Assembly: GCA_963718895.1 (NCBI GenBank)
Contig: CAVRAG010000004.1
Coordinates: forward strand, 32,001 to 96,000
Origin: an uncultured Nitrososphaerota archaeon
GTDB taxonomy: Archaea > Thermoproteota > Nitrososphaeria > Nitrososphaerales > Gagatemarchaeaceae
DNA length: 64,000 nt
Direction of reading: 5' to 3'
A program made the translations under genes and the position numbers. The stretch's first letter is position 1; each line of letters opens with the position of its first letter. The notes beneath the pieces are model-generated. The model was given only the letters and a program-made list of their open reading frames with translations. It did not search any database and was not told where the DNA came from. Below, piece by piece: positions 44,491 through 55,117 of the stretch.

Positions 44491-46350
44491 ATGACCCCGG
44501 TGCGGAAGCGCCTCCAACCGCTGAACCGACTGATGGAGCGCAGCTACCTAGGTAAGTGGACCGTAGTCGGCGGGCTCATAGGGGTCGTCGCGGGCCTCGG
44601 CGCCACCGCCTTCTACTTCGGAATCCAGGTTGTCACCAACCTTATGCTCGGCGGGATAACGGGCTTCTTTCCCCCGAATCCGGCCGGAGAGATCCAGTCG
44701 GCAACGACTGTCCACCCGAACTTCATCCTCGTGCCGGTGGCAACCGTCATAGGCGCTCTCATCGCAGGTATCGTCATCTTTTCACTGGCCCCTGAAGCCC
44801 AAGGCCATGGCACAGACGAGGCTATAGCGGCCTTTCACACGGGCGACGGCAAGATCAGACGCCGCGTCCCCTTCGTGAAGGCGGTCGCGTCGGTATTCAC
44901 TCTGGGCTCCGGCGGGAGCGGAGGCAGGGAGGGCCCGACGGCCCAGATCGGGGCGGGGTTCGGCTCTTTCATTGCCGATGCCTTGGGTCTCTCCGTGAGG
45001 GACAGAAGGTTGGCAGTGGCGGTAGGTCTGGGGGCTGGAATAGGAGCCATCTTCAAGGCTCCCTTCGCGGGCGCGATACTGAGCGGCGAGATACTGTACA
45101 GCGGCGGAGACTTCGAGGTCGAGGCGCTCGTGCCCGCCTTCATCGCCGCTCCCGCGGGATACCTGATCTTCGCATCGATAACAGGCTTCACGCCAATCTT
45201 CGGGAACTCGGTGTCCTCCTTTGCCTTCACCAATCTCACTACTATCCCGGTCTACATCGCCTTGGGGCTGGCCTGCGGGTTCGCGGGGAAGCTCTACTCG
45301 ACAGCCTTCTACTCGGTGAAGCGGTTCTTCAGCTCGCTCTCGACGCCGCGATACCTCCGGCCGATGCTCGGGGCGGCCGTGACGGGGGTCATCGGCATCT
45401 TCTTCCCGCAGGTCCTCGGGCTCGGATACGGCTTCCTGCAGTACCTGATCAACGGCGACCTCTCCGCGATAGCTCCAAACTTCTTCAGCCTGCCGCTCAT
45501 ATTGACTCTGCTCTTAGTCGTCTTCCTCAAGGTCGTCGCTACGTCATTCACGGTCGGCTCGGGCGGAAGCGCCGGGGTCTTCGCTCCCTCCCTAGTCATC
45601 GGCGGCTTCCTCGGCGCCGTCTTCTGGGTAGCGGTCAACTCAGCGTTCCCCGGCTGGATACCAGTCCCAGCTCCGCTGGTAATCGTAGGGATGATGGCGC
45701 TGTTCGGAGGGGCGGGAAGGGCCCCTATTGCGGTCATGCTCATGGTCAGCGAGATGACGGGCTCGCTCTCGCTGCTCGTCCCAGCAGTATTCGCCGTCCT
45801 GGTGGCCTACTTCGTGGTCGGACCGAAGCACACCATCTACAGGAGTCAGGTGCCCAGGAGGTCCGACTCGCCTGCGCACCTCGGTGAGTACAGCACGCCG
45901 CTGCTGATGAAGATGCGCGTCGCGGACGCGATGAACGCGGCAGTCTTCTCGGTCGCCCCCGAAGAGAGCGTGGACAGCGCTTTCCGGGCCATACTCGACA
46001 AGCACTACACTGGCGTCCCGGTCGTCGGGCCGTCAGGACAAGTCGTGGGGATAGTCACGATCACCGACCTTCGCGGCGTGCCCGCCGAAAAGAGAGGCTC
46101 GACCCCTGTGGAAGGCGTGATGACGAAGAACGTCGTGGTCGTAAGCTCCGACGAGAGCCTGCTGGACGCCCTGAACAAGATCGTAGCGAACAACGTAGGT
46201 CAGCTCCCTGTCGTCGAGAGGAGTTCGGGCGCGCTCGTCGGAATAATCACGGTGACGGACGCGATTCGGGCGTACGACAGGGTCGTGAAAGGAATATCGG
46301 ATACAAATGCACCGGAGTCCGTGGACACAGAGGGTGACGCGACTACATAG
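44491..46350 (+). CDS. ClC chloride channel/H+ antiporter with a C-terminal CBS pair
   Basis: GHGTDE, GREGP (gating Glu present), GVFAP; two CBS domains. Confidence 0.92.
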   Translation: MTPVRKRLQPLNRLMERSYLGKWTVVGGLIGVVAGLGATAFYFGIQVVTNLMLGGITGFFPPNPAGEIQSATTVHPNFILVPVATVIGALIAGIVIFSLAPEAQGHGTDEAIAAFHTGDGKIRRRVPFVKAVASVFTLGSGGSGGREGPTAQIGAGFGSFIADALGLSVRDRRLAVAVGLGAGIGAIFKAPFAGAILSGEILYSGGDFEVEALVPAFIAAPAGYLIFASITGFTPIFGNSVSSFAFTNLTTIPVYIALGLACGFAGKLYSTAFYSVKRFFSSLSTPRYLRPMLGAAVTGVIGIFFPQVLGLGYGFLQYLINGDLSAIAPNFFSLPLILTLLLVVFLKVVATSFTVGSGGSAGVFAPSLVIGGFLGAVFWVAVNSAFPGWIPVPAPLVIVGMMALFGGAGRAPIAVMLMVSEMTGSLSLLVPAVFAVLVAYFVVGPKHTIYRSQVPRRSDSPAHLGEYSTPLLMKMRVADAMNAAVFSVAPEESVDSAFRAILDKHYTGVPVVGPSGQVVGIVTITDLRGVPAEKRGSTPVEGVMTKNVVVVSSDESLLDALNKIVANNVGQLPVVERSSGALVGIITVTDAIRAYDRVVKGISDTNAPESVDTEGDATT

Positions 46351-46398
46351 CGCTGGCCTCGGCAGGCAGACGGGGCCCATTCTGGGTTGTTGTGAACT

Positions 46399-46415
46399 GT
46401 GGGCCGGAAGGGACC
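46399..46415. repeat. 17-bp direct repeat, copy 1 (tRNA 3'-end-like on the minus strand)
   Basis: GTGGGCCGGAAGGGACC, identical to 49507-49523. Confidence 0.75.
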
Positions 46416-46538
46416 TACTCCTTGCGAGGGGTGGGCCCGTAACCCGAAGCTACAGGGGTTCGAACCGCGGTCGGTTTTCGAACCTTCTTGTCATAGCACT
46501 CATCATGATCATTCGATATTTATGCCCCACGGAGTGAG

Positions 46539-46839
46539 ATGAAAGGCCTACCCGAACATCGCCTCGAGTCAGGTCATGCCTGATTAATCAATTCAGATGC
46601 TGAAGGATGAGCTAGCGAAAGGGCACTCTGGTCTCGTCAGGACATATTTCGATGAGAGGATTGAGACTCTCAGCGAGACCAAAGGTGCGGCGATACGCTG
46701 AAGCCATTCGCAGGCAGGCTTCCACAATTCACGTGGGGCGGCTCGCAAGGTGGCTGACGTTGACGAGCGGTTGGCGGATACTGTGACCGCCGGTCGTGAT
46801 GCGACCATATCGGAGGCGTTCAAGATGAACTACCCATAA
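46539..46839 (+). pseudogene. Decayed CBS-pair-like gene remnant
   Basis: Reads QVMPD*SIQMLKDELAKGHSGLV...IR*...TVTAGRDATISEAFKM, with in-frame stops. Confidence 0.35.
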
Positions 46840-46886
46840 GGCGAAAAGTGAAAAGTCGAGTTCGCAGCTGTGGGAGCTGGTAGCTT

Positions 46887-48225
46887 CTATCGTAAGGCGG
46901 TATTCCTTGTCATACGATGCCTGACTACAAGGTAGGATGTTATCAAGAGGAGGGTGAAGACTGTCGCCGCTGCCAATTGATAGGGGAACACTGGGATTCC
47001 TCCACCTGATGCTGTGGTTGAAGAAGAAGAGGAGGAACTGGACGTTGTGGCATAGACTTCACTACCGTACACCACAACCCTGCCGTGGTCATAGTCAGCG
47101 ACCCACAGGTTGTTGTTGGCGTCGAACACGAGGCCCTGAGGGTCGCGCAGCTTGTCGCCGGCAGACGTGCTGCTGGTCGTGATGGCCTTTGGGCCTATCA
47201 CCTGAATCCCCGCTTCGCCCGTGGACATCGGAGCCAAGTACTCCGCGACGCCGTTGATCCCGTCTGAGATCCAAAGATTGCCGCTCGAGTCGAACGCGAT
47301 GGCGTAAGCATTCAGTAGAGCAGACGTCCCCGTCAAGCTCGACTGGCCGAGGACGAGCGCCGCCGGCGCAACGCCGCAGATGAACCCAGTTGGGCACGGG
47401 GGAGTGCCCGGGACATATTCGAGGACCCGGTAGTTACCGCTGTCGACGACCCACAGGTTTCCCATCGAGTCGAACGCTAACCCGACAGGCTCGAACAGAC
47501 CGTTCGCGCCAGATGCTGGGGCTGACGAAGTGAAGTCTGCTTGGCCGATGACCACCAATGCTTTCTCGCCGGTGGAGAACGGGGTGGCGAACTCCAAGAC
47601 CCTGTTGTTGCCTTGGTCGGACACCCAGAGATTCCCCCTCGGGTCGAAGGCCAGGTAGGAAGGGGCTTGCAGCCCCCCTGATGTAGTCTGCCCGATGTAG
47701 CCGCCGAAGGTGGGCTGCCCGATGACGAGGGAAGCTAATTCCCCGTTGGAGAATGGGGCCCTAAATTCGAGCACCCTGTTATTACCGGTGTCGACCACCC
47801 AGAGGTTGCCGCCCGCGTCGAAGGCGAGGCCCGTGGGGCCGAATAGCCCGCCCGATGGCGAGCTGTCTGATGTTCCGGTGAGGCTAGTCTGGCCGATGAC
47901 CAACATCGCGGCTTCGCCGGTCGAGAAGGGAGGCGCATACTCCAAGACCCGATTGTTGCTCGTGTCCACGACCCAGAGGTTTCCTTTCGAGTCGAAGGCG
48001 ACTGCAGTGGGGTTACCAATCGTGGTAGGACTTGAGGGTTGGCCCGCGGTCAGGGTAGTAAAGTCCGGCTGCCCGATGACGATGCATATGCCCCCGTAGG
48101 GGGGTAAACCTGGAGGACATACAAGGGCTCCAGAGGCATGAGCTGGCGGGGCGGTCAGTATCGCAGTCAAGGGAACGATGACTGAGAAGCCCGATCAGGA
48201 TAACCGCGCGACCTCGAAGTTTCAA
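46887..48225 (-). CDS. Secreted NHL-repeat beta-propeller protein with a PEF-CTERM-like anchor (frameshift in the signal peptide)
   Basis: Repeats of P.GLAFD..GNLWV.D..NNRVLE...VIGQ. Ser/Thr linker, then GGGIPVFPYQ + TM + RHR. Confidence 0.85.
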
Positions 48226-49189
48226 TAGAGGGTTCTCATTTAGGAGTAGCACACCCGCTTACCTATAAGCGTCCCCCGTGTCTGTCCCTCCAATTCGCGA
48301 CTCCATAATCATGCGGCGACTATCACAAAGAGTCGTCGACCTATCTGTTTCGGGAATCATACATCCATCAAACATGGCTAAGCGCGTGCCGAAATTCCAG
48401 GCGAAGACGCAATGAACCCTAGCAGGCGTAACATCACCATCGTCTTGAAAAATGACTGGAGGGTCCCCGACTGTTTCATCGACTACGTCGGCTGATAGAT
48501 ACACGCGTCGTCTTGTGGGGCTCTACGCTACACGCTAAGCCTGGCCACCAGGCCGGCATTTCTCAGACCGAAGTCTTAAATCGAGCACTCACTTCGCCTG
48601 AGCGTCGGTCGCCGGATTCATTGCTATCCTTTGCGGGTCTTCGATTGGTGATTTCCGCTCTACACGTTTTTCTTGCAGGGTGGGGTCGTCGGAAGTCCTA
48701 GCCCGTTGCGCACCTGGTTCAACCGTTCCCACTGCGCACAAGGGGGATCAATTGCGAAAAGAGCTCCTGACCGGGACCTGTCATCCGAGGTAGGCTCACA
48801 ACAATCAGAAATGCGAGTCTCAAATCTACCATATTCGGGGGTTCAGTCCGTTCCCTAAGGGTTGTCGCTTTTTCAGAGGCACCCTTTCCATTACTCCCGA
48901 ATTTGGAGGGGGCGTGGACATGAAGAGTCCGAACATCCACCAGATGGATTGAGAAGCTCTACTCTAGCTTGATTCGATAGCCCGGCTAAGATCGGTACCA
49001 AGCAGGGTTCGAATCCATTCCGATGAAGTGATTCGACCCGCCGATAATTGACGAATTAGCACTCGTTCAGCCCTCATTTGACCAGGTGAACTCGGTCGAG
49101 CGTGGGGAGTTGGCGCGAGAGGGCAGGCTGGGAAGGACAGTGATACTGCATAATGGAATGGCCCTTACAGAACAGCGAGCGGCTCCCTG

Positions 49190-49470
49190 ATGGCGAGTGG
49201 CATTCTGTACAGTATCCTGTACAATATCGGCTTGGCTGCGCCGTCCCATTCGCCGCTCGGCTGCCTTCTGCCGTCAGCCTTCAGATACCCTACATCGCCA
49301 ACCACGGCCTCCTTTACGGGGTCGCATACATTTCAATCGCAATCTCCACACTTCTTTACGTCCCTCCCTAATCGGGCTTTACTTGCTCATCGCGACAAAC
49401 GGGACATACTCCGTGATAGGAGTGGGATCGGGCGCAGTAGGGATATCCTGCGGGCTATGGGACCCCCTGT
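49190..49470 (+). pseudogene. Fragmentary membrane-protein gene
   Basis: Hydrophobic segments spread over three frames and ending just before the tRNA-like repeat. Confidence 0.3.
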
Positions 49471-49506
49471 TTGGAGAAAAGACGGGGGACCCACCCCTTG
49501 AAAGCA

Positions 49507-49539
49507 GTGGGCCGGAAGGGACCCGAACCCCCCGACCTC
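49507..49539 (-). repeat. Degenerate tRNA 3'-half fragment (att-like) containing direct repeat copy 2
   Basis: Minus strand GAGGTC-GGGGGGTTCGGGTCCCTT-CCGGCCCAC resembles variable loop + T-arm + acceptor strand. No D-arm or 5' half is recognisable. Confidence 0.55.
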
Positions 49540-49726
49540 AGTTTGTTTTGGATAGGTGTACGAAAAGGGCCAGGTGCACCCTACATACCGAAGTATAGGG
49601 TTGTCAACTGACACAACTAGCTTCTCTGTACGAACGACAACCCATATTTCGTTGGCGAACAGGGCGTTCCAAGGCTTGAGCGCACCCGACAAGCTCCACT
49701 GACGCCGATACCGGAGTGCTAGACAG

Positions 49727-50338
49727 GTGGTAATCACCCGGGATCGGAGCTCTGCCAAGGCGGCGACCGCTCAGGGCTTGCTCGCAATCGAGGCCCCCAC
49801 GACGAGGTCCTTCGAGGCCCTCAACAAGGTGAGGGTGGATAGGGCGTCGACCCTGATTTGCTGCCTCGACGACGATGCAGACAACCTCCTTGTGGCCATG
49901 AACGCGAGGAAGCTGAATAGTGACCTGAGAATACTTATGGTCGTCAACGACAGGGAGATTGCGGAGTCAGCGGCTGCCTCCGACATCGACGTCGTGATAC
50001 CGCTCATGGACGTGACGGCCAGGGCACTCGCGTTCTCCGCCGTGGCTGAGGAGGTCGTAGGAATCCTCCTCCCGGACGCGAAGGAAGCTGAGGTCCTGCG
50101 GAAGGTGCCGTATGTGTTGGAGTTCTCCATCGACCAGGAAGGAGGCGCTGGGGCGACCTTCGGCGCCCTTGACAAGGTCTCCCCCATCCTGATGGTCGTA
50201 AGGGACGGCAGGTCAATTCCCAACCCTGCGGATGATTTTCAATTCGCGAGGGGAGACTCGATGCTAGTTCTCGGAGGCTCGCCCTCGTCGATACAGAGTT
50301 TCAAGCAGGCGCTCTCGTCGGCGGAAAGCAAAGCCTGA
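49727..50338 (+). CDS. TrkA-N/TrkA-C (RCK) domain protein, apparently 5'-truncated
   Basis: A..LICCLDDDADNLLVAMNARKLN..IL, then R.G..IPNP..D..F..GD. No GxGxxG motif; an in-frame stop lies shortly upstream. Confidence 0.65.
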   Translation: MVITRDRSSAKAATAQGLLAIEAPTTRSFEALNKVRVDRASTLICCLDDDADNLLVAMNARKLNSDLRILMVVNDREIAESAAASDIDVVIPLMDVTARALAFSAVAEEVVGILLPDAKEAEVLRKVPYVLEFSIDQEGGAGATFGALDKVSPILMVVRDGRSIPNPADDFQFARGDSMLVLGGSPSSIQSFKQALSSAESKA

Positions 50339-50892
50339 GTTGCGGTGCAGAACGTCTTTCGCAGATCTCGACTTCGGACCGAATGAGCCCTTCTTCGCAC
50401 CCTTGATTCTGTCATCGACGAACGCGATCTGTCCCTGCAAGAGTCCCTTGGAGCCGTTAAGCACCTCGGTTGCTCGCGGCTCGTCCTCTTCTCGACCGAC
50501 TTCACCGCGTTCGATGGTGCCTGCCCGGCTTCGTCGAACGATTGGTCCAAAGCGTGCTCGACCTTCGGGGTTCTCTTGGAGAGTCCGTCTGCAGCGACTT
50601 TTTTCTGCTCTCGATGAACTCCTCCGCACTCTTGACGGTGTCTCTTACGCAGCACTCATACCAAGTTGGACCGTTTCTGTTTAACGAGTTCTACCCATCT
50701 CAACGACTCCGCTGCCAGGGCAGTCTATGACAGATTGCGTCCGTGGGCAAAGGATGCAACGAGACTGGTCCGCCTTTCAGGAGGGAAGTGCCGAGATGGC
50801 TGGACGGCTCTGGTGCCGCTGTGGGTGCGTACTCGCTTCGCCCTCAAGTCGCAGTACTCATCTTCAAGTCCCTTCGACCTAGCAGGTCGCTT

Positions 50893-52866
50893 TCAGGAGG
50901 TCGCCTGCCGGTCTGGGTTCTTCTTGCTCCGCCTTATTCCTACGACCAGGACCGCCGCGACCAGCCCGAGACCCGCAATCCCCGCGGGCCCCGCTTTGGA
51001 ATAAACCGAGGTGGCCAGGTGCTCGGCGACGCTCACGAAGTCACTCAGGGAGGCGACGACCGGCTGCACATACCGGTCCACCACATGGATTCCATCAGAG
51101 AGCGAGGCGGCCGCTGGCGCAATGTACTGGTCAATCGCCTTGACCGCGTCAGAGAGCGTCGCGACAGCCGGAGCGACATAGGTGTCACCTACATGAACGG
51201 AGTCGGTCAGGGGGGCGTTCACCGGGGTCGTGATTGCGGCTCCAGCATTCACACTATCTTGAAGGGCGGCGGTCACTGTCGCGCCCTGGGGATAGACGGT
51301 GAGCGTGAAGACACCCGCGCACGGCGATGAAAGGGTTGGGAAGCACGACACCCCGCTCTCCAGAAACGCCTCTCCGACGATTATCGAGTAGACCCCTGGC
51401 GGAACAGAGGCTGCTACCGTCATCGTAGCTACGTAGGACCCGGACGGCGGGGAGCCGGACTCCACGAAGGGCACGAATGATAACGAAATCCCCTCTACAT
51501 TAGGAGAGACCGCGTAGGCGTAGACGAGATATGAGGGGGCATCTCCGAGGATTGTCGCGGTCACTGCGACAGGCAGGACGGTGCTGACTCCTGCAGGGAG
51601 AGACCCCGCCGCGGGCGTCAGGGAGACCGACTCCACGACGTCTGAACTCGGCTCGACGATGAGCTGGTAGGTGGGGCGGACGCAGATGCCGGAGCAGTCC
51701 GTTCCCGCTTGCATAAGCGCGTCATCCGCTGTGATCGTGTAGATTCCGGCTGGGGCTGCTGGTGTCACGTTGACGGTCATCGTGAAGTAAACGTAGAACG
51801 GAGGTCCCGGCTCATATCCAGGGAAGAAGGAGATGGAGATGCCCGCCGGGTCTCCACTTATGGTGGCCGAGGGATTCTCCCTGTCGGGAGAGTTCCCGGT
51901 GATTGTGGGGATCGAGCGTCGAGTATAGGTTCCCGCCGATGCCTCCGGTGACCGAGCCCGAGGGTCGCGGTAAGGGTCAGGCTCGTCACTACGTCGCCAG
52001 GCTGAGGAGGTGGCGCGGTGGTGGAGGTGGAACTCGACGTGGTGGATGTTACCTGAGTGCTCGTAGTCGAGGTAGTCGAGGTAGTCGTTGATGTTGTTGA
52101 GGAAGTCGAGCCTGAAGGTGCGAGCGCTAGTCCCATTTCTATCCAGGGGTAGGCGCTCGAAAGCAAGGTAAAGGGAAAGTCTGTCGGCGAGGACACACCG
52201 CTCGTGGCGTATTCGGCGTTACCCCCATCCATACCACCGCTTGACCCGGGAGAAAGGGCAAAGTTAGCACCTGCAGTCGTAGAAATCACGCTCTGACGGG
52301 TATAGTCAGTACCTGCAACCAAACTAACAAGGAAAGCACCGCTCTGAAATGATGCGGATTCTGTAGATGCGGGGCATGGAGGGCTGTAACAATCACCGCC
52401 TGCGGCTTTATAGACAGCCCCGACAGTAGTAACTCCAGATACTTCGTAGATGTAGACCCCACCTTGTGTGGCACCGGCGAAGGTCACGAAGATAGAATCT
52501 GATCCACTCGAAGAAAGCGTCGCATGATAGAAGAATACGTCAATGGGACTATCGGACCCTTCTGCCACAAGCGTGAATGTTGATCCAAATGTGTCGCCAA
52601 CTGAACCTACCGTACCAGAATAAACTGCGATCGCGACTACAACCACATCTCCCGCCGCTACTGAACTTGGGAACGAAATCGGGGATGGAGAGCAAGATGT
52701 GGTCGCGCAGCCACCGTTGTTCTGCTGGACCAGGGAGGAGTCCGCCCTGGCCAGAGGGACACTTGCCTAGCACAGAGACGAGAAAGATCAAAAAGACCGC
52801 CAGGACCGCGAGTGCGATTGGCCGGAGACCCATGGGTCTTCGCAGCACAGTCGAGCGTGTCATCAT
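50893..52866 (-). CDS. Secreted multidomain surface protein with a S/T linker, five 18-aa repeats and a C-terminal TM anchor (frameshifted)
   Basis: Signal LRPIALAVLAVFLIFLVSV. Beta-sandwich domains. TSSTTSTTT linker. Repeats xPxxAxLxDxVxxxDxY. TM + RRSKK. Confidence 0.75.
51015..51283 (-). repeat. Five tandem 18-aa (54-nt) protein repeats
   Basis: ATVTAALQDSVNAGAAIT / TPVNAPLTDSVHVGDTYV / APAVATLSDAVKAIDQYI / APAAASLSDGIHVVDRYV / QPVVASLSDFVSVAEHLA. Confidence 0.85.
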
Positions 52867-53015
52867 GTCGTCTCCGACTTGTCTAGAGGGAAAAGAAACG
52901 TTATCACGCGGTTGATTGTGTCGACGAACGGCTCCGCCGAGTATCCTAGGACTCGGGCCATCGCGAGCAAACTGCTACAGGAGAGTCCAAGCCAGCCCGT
53001 CTCACTCAACTCATC

Positions 53016-53780
53016 TCAAGACACAGTGAACTGGATAGTGACGAGCAGCGAATCCCCGTTCGCCACCAGGATTGGCGTTGCATTGAGATTGAGATAGTCG
53101 AACCCCTCCGTGTGGCCGTAGATTGTCAGTTGCGACAAGGTGCCTGCGTCTACCTCCAACACCCCGCATGGAGTTTGAGAGAGCGTGTAGATGCAGTTTG
53201 TGGGCGTGAAGGTGGTCGGACCGAAGGTCGCCTCCGTTATCCAGCCGGTGCACAAGGGAGGTATCGGGGAGCCAGTGCTGGCGTTCGGGCCACAGCCCAG
53301 CGGCGTGAGGGTGTTCGTCGCGCTGATTTCGGCCTGGCAGCCTGTCTCGGTATACTGGTATTCGTTCTCGGCTCCCGCGTTATCGGCGCAGGTTCCGCCT
53401 TGCTGCGTCACATCCGCCGGCCCGAAAACGATAGCGACGGCATTGACGAAAGAAGAGCAGGAGCCGCCCGAACCAGTGATTGACCCGGGTCCTATCGGAT
53501 CGGTGCTGCCGCCGTCCGACCCGGGGATACAGGCAGCCAGAGCATTCGTGCCTGCGGCGGTGAGAGGATCTGGTCCGGACCACTGGGATACCAAGCTCCC
53601 ATCAGGCGAAAGCACCTTGATGGTTTCGATTCCAGAAATCGACAGGCCTTGGTCCTCGCTCCCCTTACTAGAGACATTCTGATTGAAGACGTTTGCCAGG
53701 ACCGTGGACCCAAGCAGGATACCGATAGCTATACTTCCGACAATAACGAGAGAGATTTTTGTCCTCGACGAAAGTTGCAA
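53016..53780 (-). CDS. Secreted Cys-rich beta protein with a phage-tail-subunit-like sequence pattern
   Basis: TTG start about 30 nt below a TTTTATA box. N-terminal hydrophobic helix. G.E.IKV..PDG..LT.AG.NALA ... GDSLLVTIQFTVS. Eight Cys. Confidence 0.7.
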   Translation of the reverse strand: MQLSSRTKISLVIVGSIAIGILLGSTVLANVFNQNVSSKGSEDQGLSISGIETIKVLSPDGSLVSQWSGPDPLTAAGTNALAACIPGSDGGSTDPIGPGSITGSGGSCSSFVNAVAIVFGPADVTQQGGTCADNAGAENEYQYTETGCQAEISATNTLTPLGCGPNASTGSPIPPLCTGWITEATFGPTTFTPTNCIYTLSQTPCGVLEVDAGTLSQLTIYGHTEGFDYLNLNATPILVANGDSLLVTIQFTVS

Positions 53781-53810
53781 TGGATTGTAATTGGAAGTGG
53801 TCACCCGTTC

Positions 53811-53817
53811 TATAAAA
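53811..53817 (-). promoter_or_regulatory. Archaeal TATA box
   Basis: TTTTATA on the minus strand about 30 nt upstream of the TTG at 53780. Confidence 0.55.
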
Positions 53818-53859
53818 GCCTTTGAAAAACTCCTGCTCGTTAGGGCAAGCTTCGACATA

Positions 53860-54170
53860 CCGTGCGAACGACGTCAGCTCTTCCTGCACCGACGGCGCGA
53901 ATTCGTCGGCCTCTCTCGTAACCAGAGTGTTGCCTCCCGACCTCATGACCTCCTCGTCGAGCTTGCCCATCCCCGTGAGTTGGAGCAGGTCGAACTCGCG
54001 CGTTAAGGTCACGACCTAGGCCTATGGGCTCCTGAGGACCTCATCGGCGCGACGCTCTTTTGTCGAGCCCCCAAGCCCCACTCTCCGGAGGAAGTCCTGT
54101 GCGGACTATGTCACTTCCTCCTGGTTCTTCTGCCTCCACTGGAACGCCTCGGGACTCGTTTCCTTGAACT
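53860..54170 (-). pseudogene. Decayed gene of unknown family
   Basis: Protein-like frame (EFKETSPEAFQWRQKNQEEVT*..LTREFDLLQLTG..) interrupted by several in-frame stops. Confidence 0.3.
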
Positions 54171-54539
54171 CTGGTCTAGCAATACTACCAGGCCAGCGTA
54201 TGAAAACACATATGAACCAAGAGGTTCAGATATCGAAGTATCCGTGGCGGTTAGCCACTGCATCTAATTTCATGCTACCTTTCCCACAGAAGTGGACTCA
54301 CCAGAAAGATTTGGTCCAGAAGAGATTCATCCGGATATCCGTATCGAGCCTGTCTTTGGCGTGAACAGATTCCATCGAGATAATCATGAGGTTGAACCGG
54401 CTATTCGTGCGTCACGAATCAGTGTACTGGCCTGATTGGCGCTCCCACCCGGAAGGGCAGATATCGCGACGTGGAGTAGGCCTAAGCGAAAACATTGTAA
54501 CCTATTCTGTTGTTCCAATCTGTCACTTAGATTCGACGT

Positions 54540-54917
54540 TCAATGAATGCGCTTTGATCTTGCCAGCAGGTAGACTATCACGCAGCTGATAATGACAGCG
54601 ATGGCGGTCCCTATCACCGAATCATGAAAAGCACCGGTGGGAAGCAATGACAATGTGCCTGCGGCTCCATCTGACAGGAGACTGTACACGATTGTGATGC
54701 TGTTGATACCGAGCAGCCAATTGCGCGGAAGGTCCTTCTTGGCCAGGGTGAGGAACCCTACGGACAGGCCGGTCAAGCCTACCAGAAGGTGACCAGCGCC
54801 AAAGACTGAGCCCGCAGCGTTAACGGCGAAAATGACGTAGGCGGTTCCTCCGAAAGTCACCAGCGAACCCACGACAAACTGGAAGAACAGGATCAACCGC
54901 CTCATACCTATCGTCAC
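54540..54917 (-). CDS. Small four-TM membrane protein
   Basis: Hydrophobic ORF preceded by GGAGG; two His in or near helices. Confidence 0.6.
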   Translation of the reverse strand: MTIGMRRLILFFQFVVGSLVTFGGTAYVIFAVNAAGSVFGAGHLLVGLTGLSVGFLTLAKKDLPRNWLLGINSITIVYSLLSDGAAGTLSLLPTGAFHDSVIGTAIAVIISCVIVYLLARSKRIH

Positions 54918-55117
54918 ATACTCCTCCTGTCTCGATGACCCTATGTCACCCCCGGAGCCAGATTGGGAAGGTCCCGTTCCCGAAGTGGTCCCCAAGCGGC
55001 GAACAATGTGTAACACGACCGCGCAAAGGAGGGAAAGCGAAGCCAAGACTCCAGAGGTCTTCGACAGGATCTTGTCCGCCGCGTCCGCTGTCGCCGACGA
55101 GAGGAGGGATGGGCCTC

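Noticed and set aside
44491-46350. Fluoride-specific ClC-F with a fluoride riboswitch
   Set aside because: The motifs are GHGTD/GREGP rather than GNNLI/GREGT, and I recognised no riboswitch upstream.
47050-48090. Periodic DNA repeats that could suggest a CRISPR array
   Set aside because: They are degenerate coding repeats of NHL blades, not identical repeats with unique spacers.
49005-49016. GGGTTCGAATCC T-loop-like motif
   Set aside because: The flanks do not form a T-stem or acceptor stem; likely chance or too decayed to call.
49507-49600. Possible intact tRNA gene
   Set aside because: Only a degenerate 3' portion is present; no D-arm, anticodon arm or pairing 5' acceptor strand.
50340-50660. 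Minus-strand helical protein fragments
   Set aside because: Split over frames with an early stop and no recognisable family; too uncertain to annotate.
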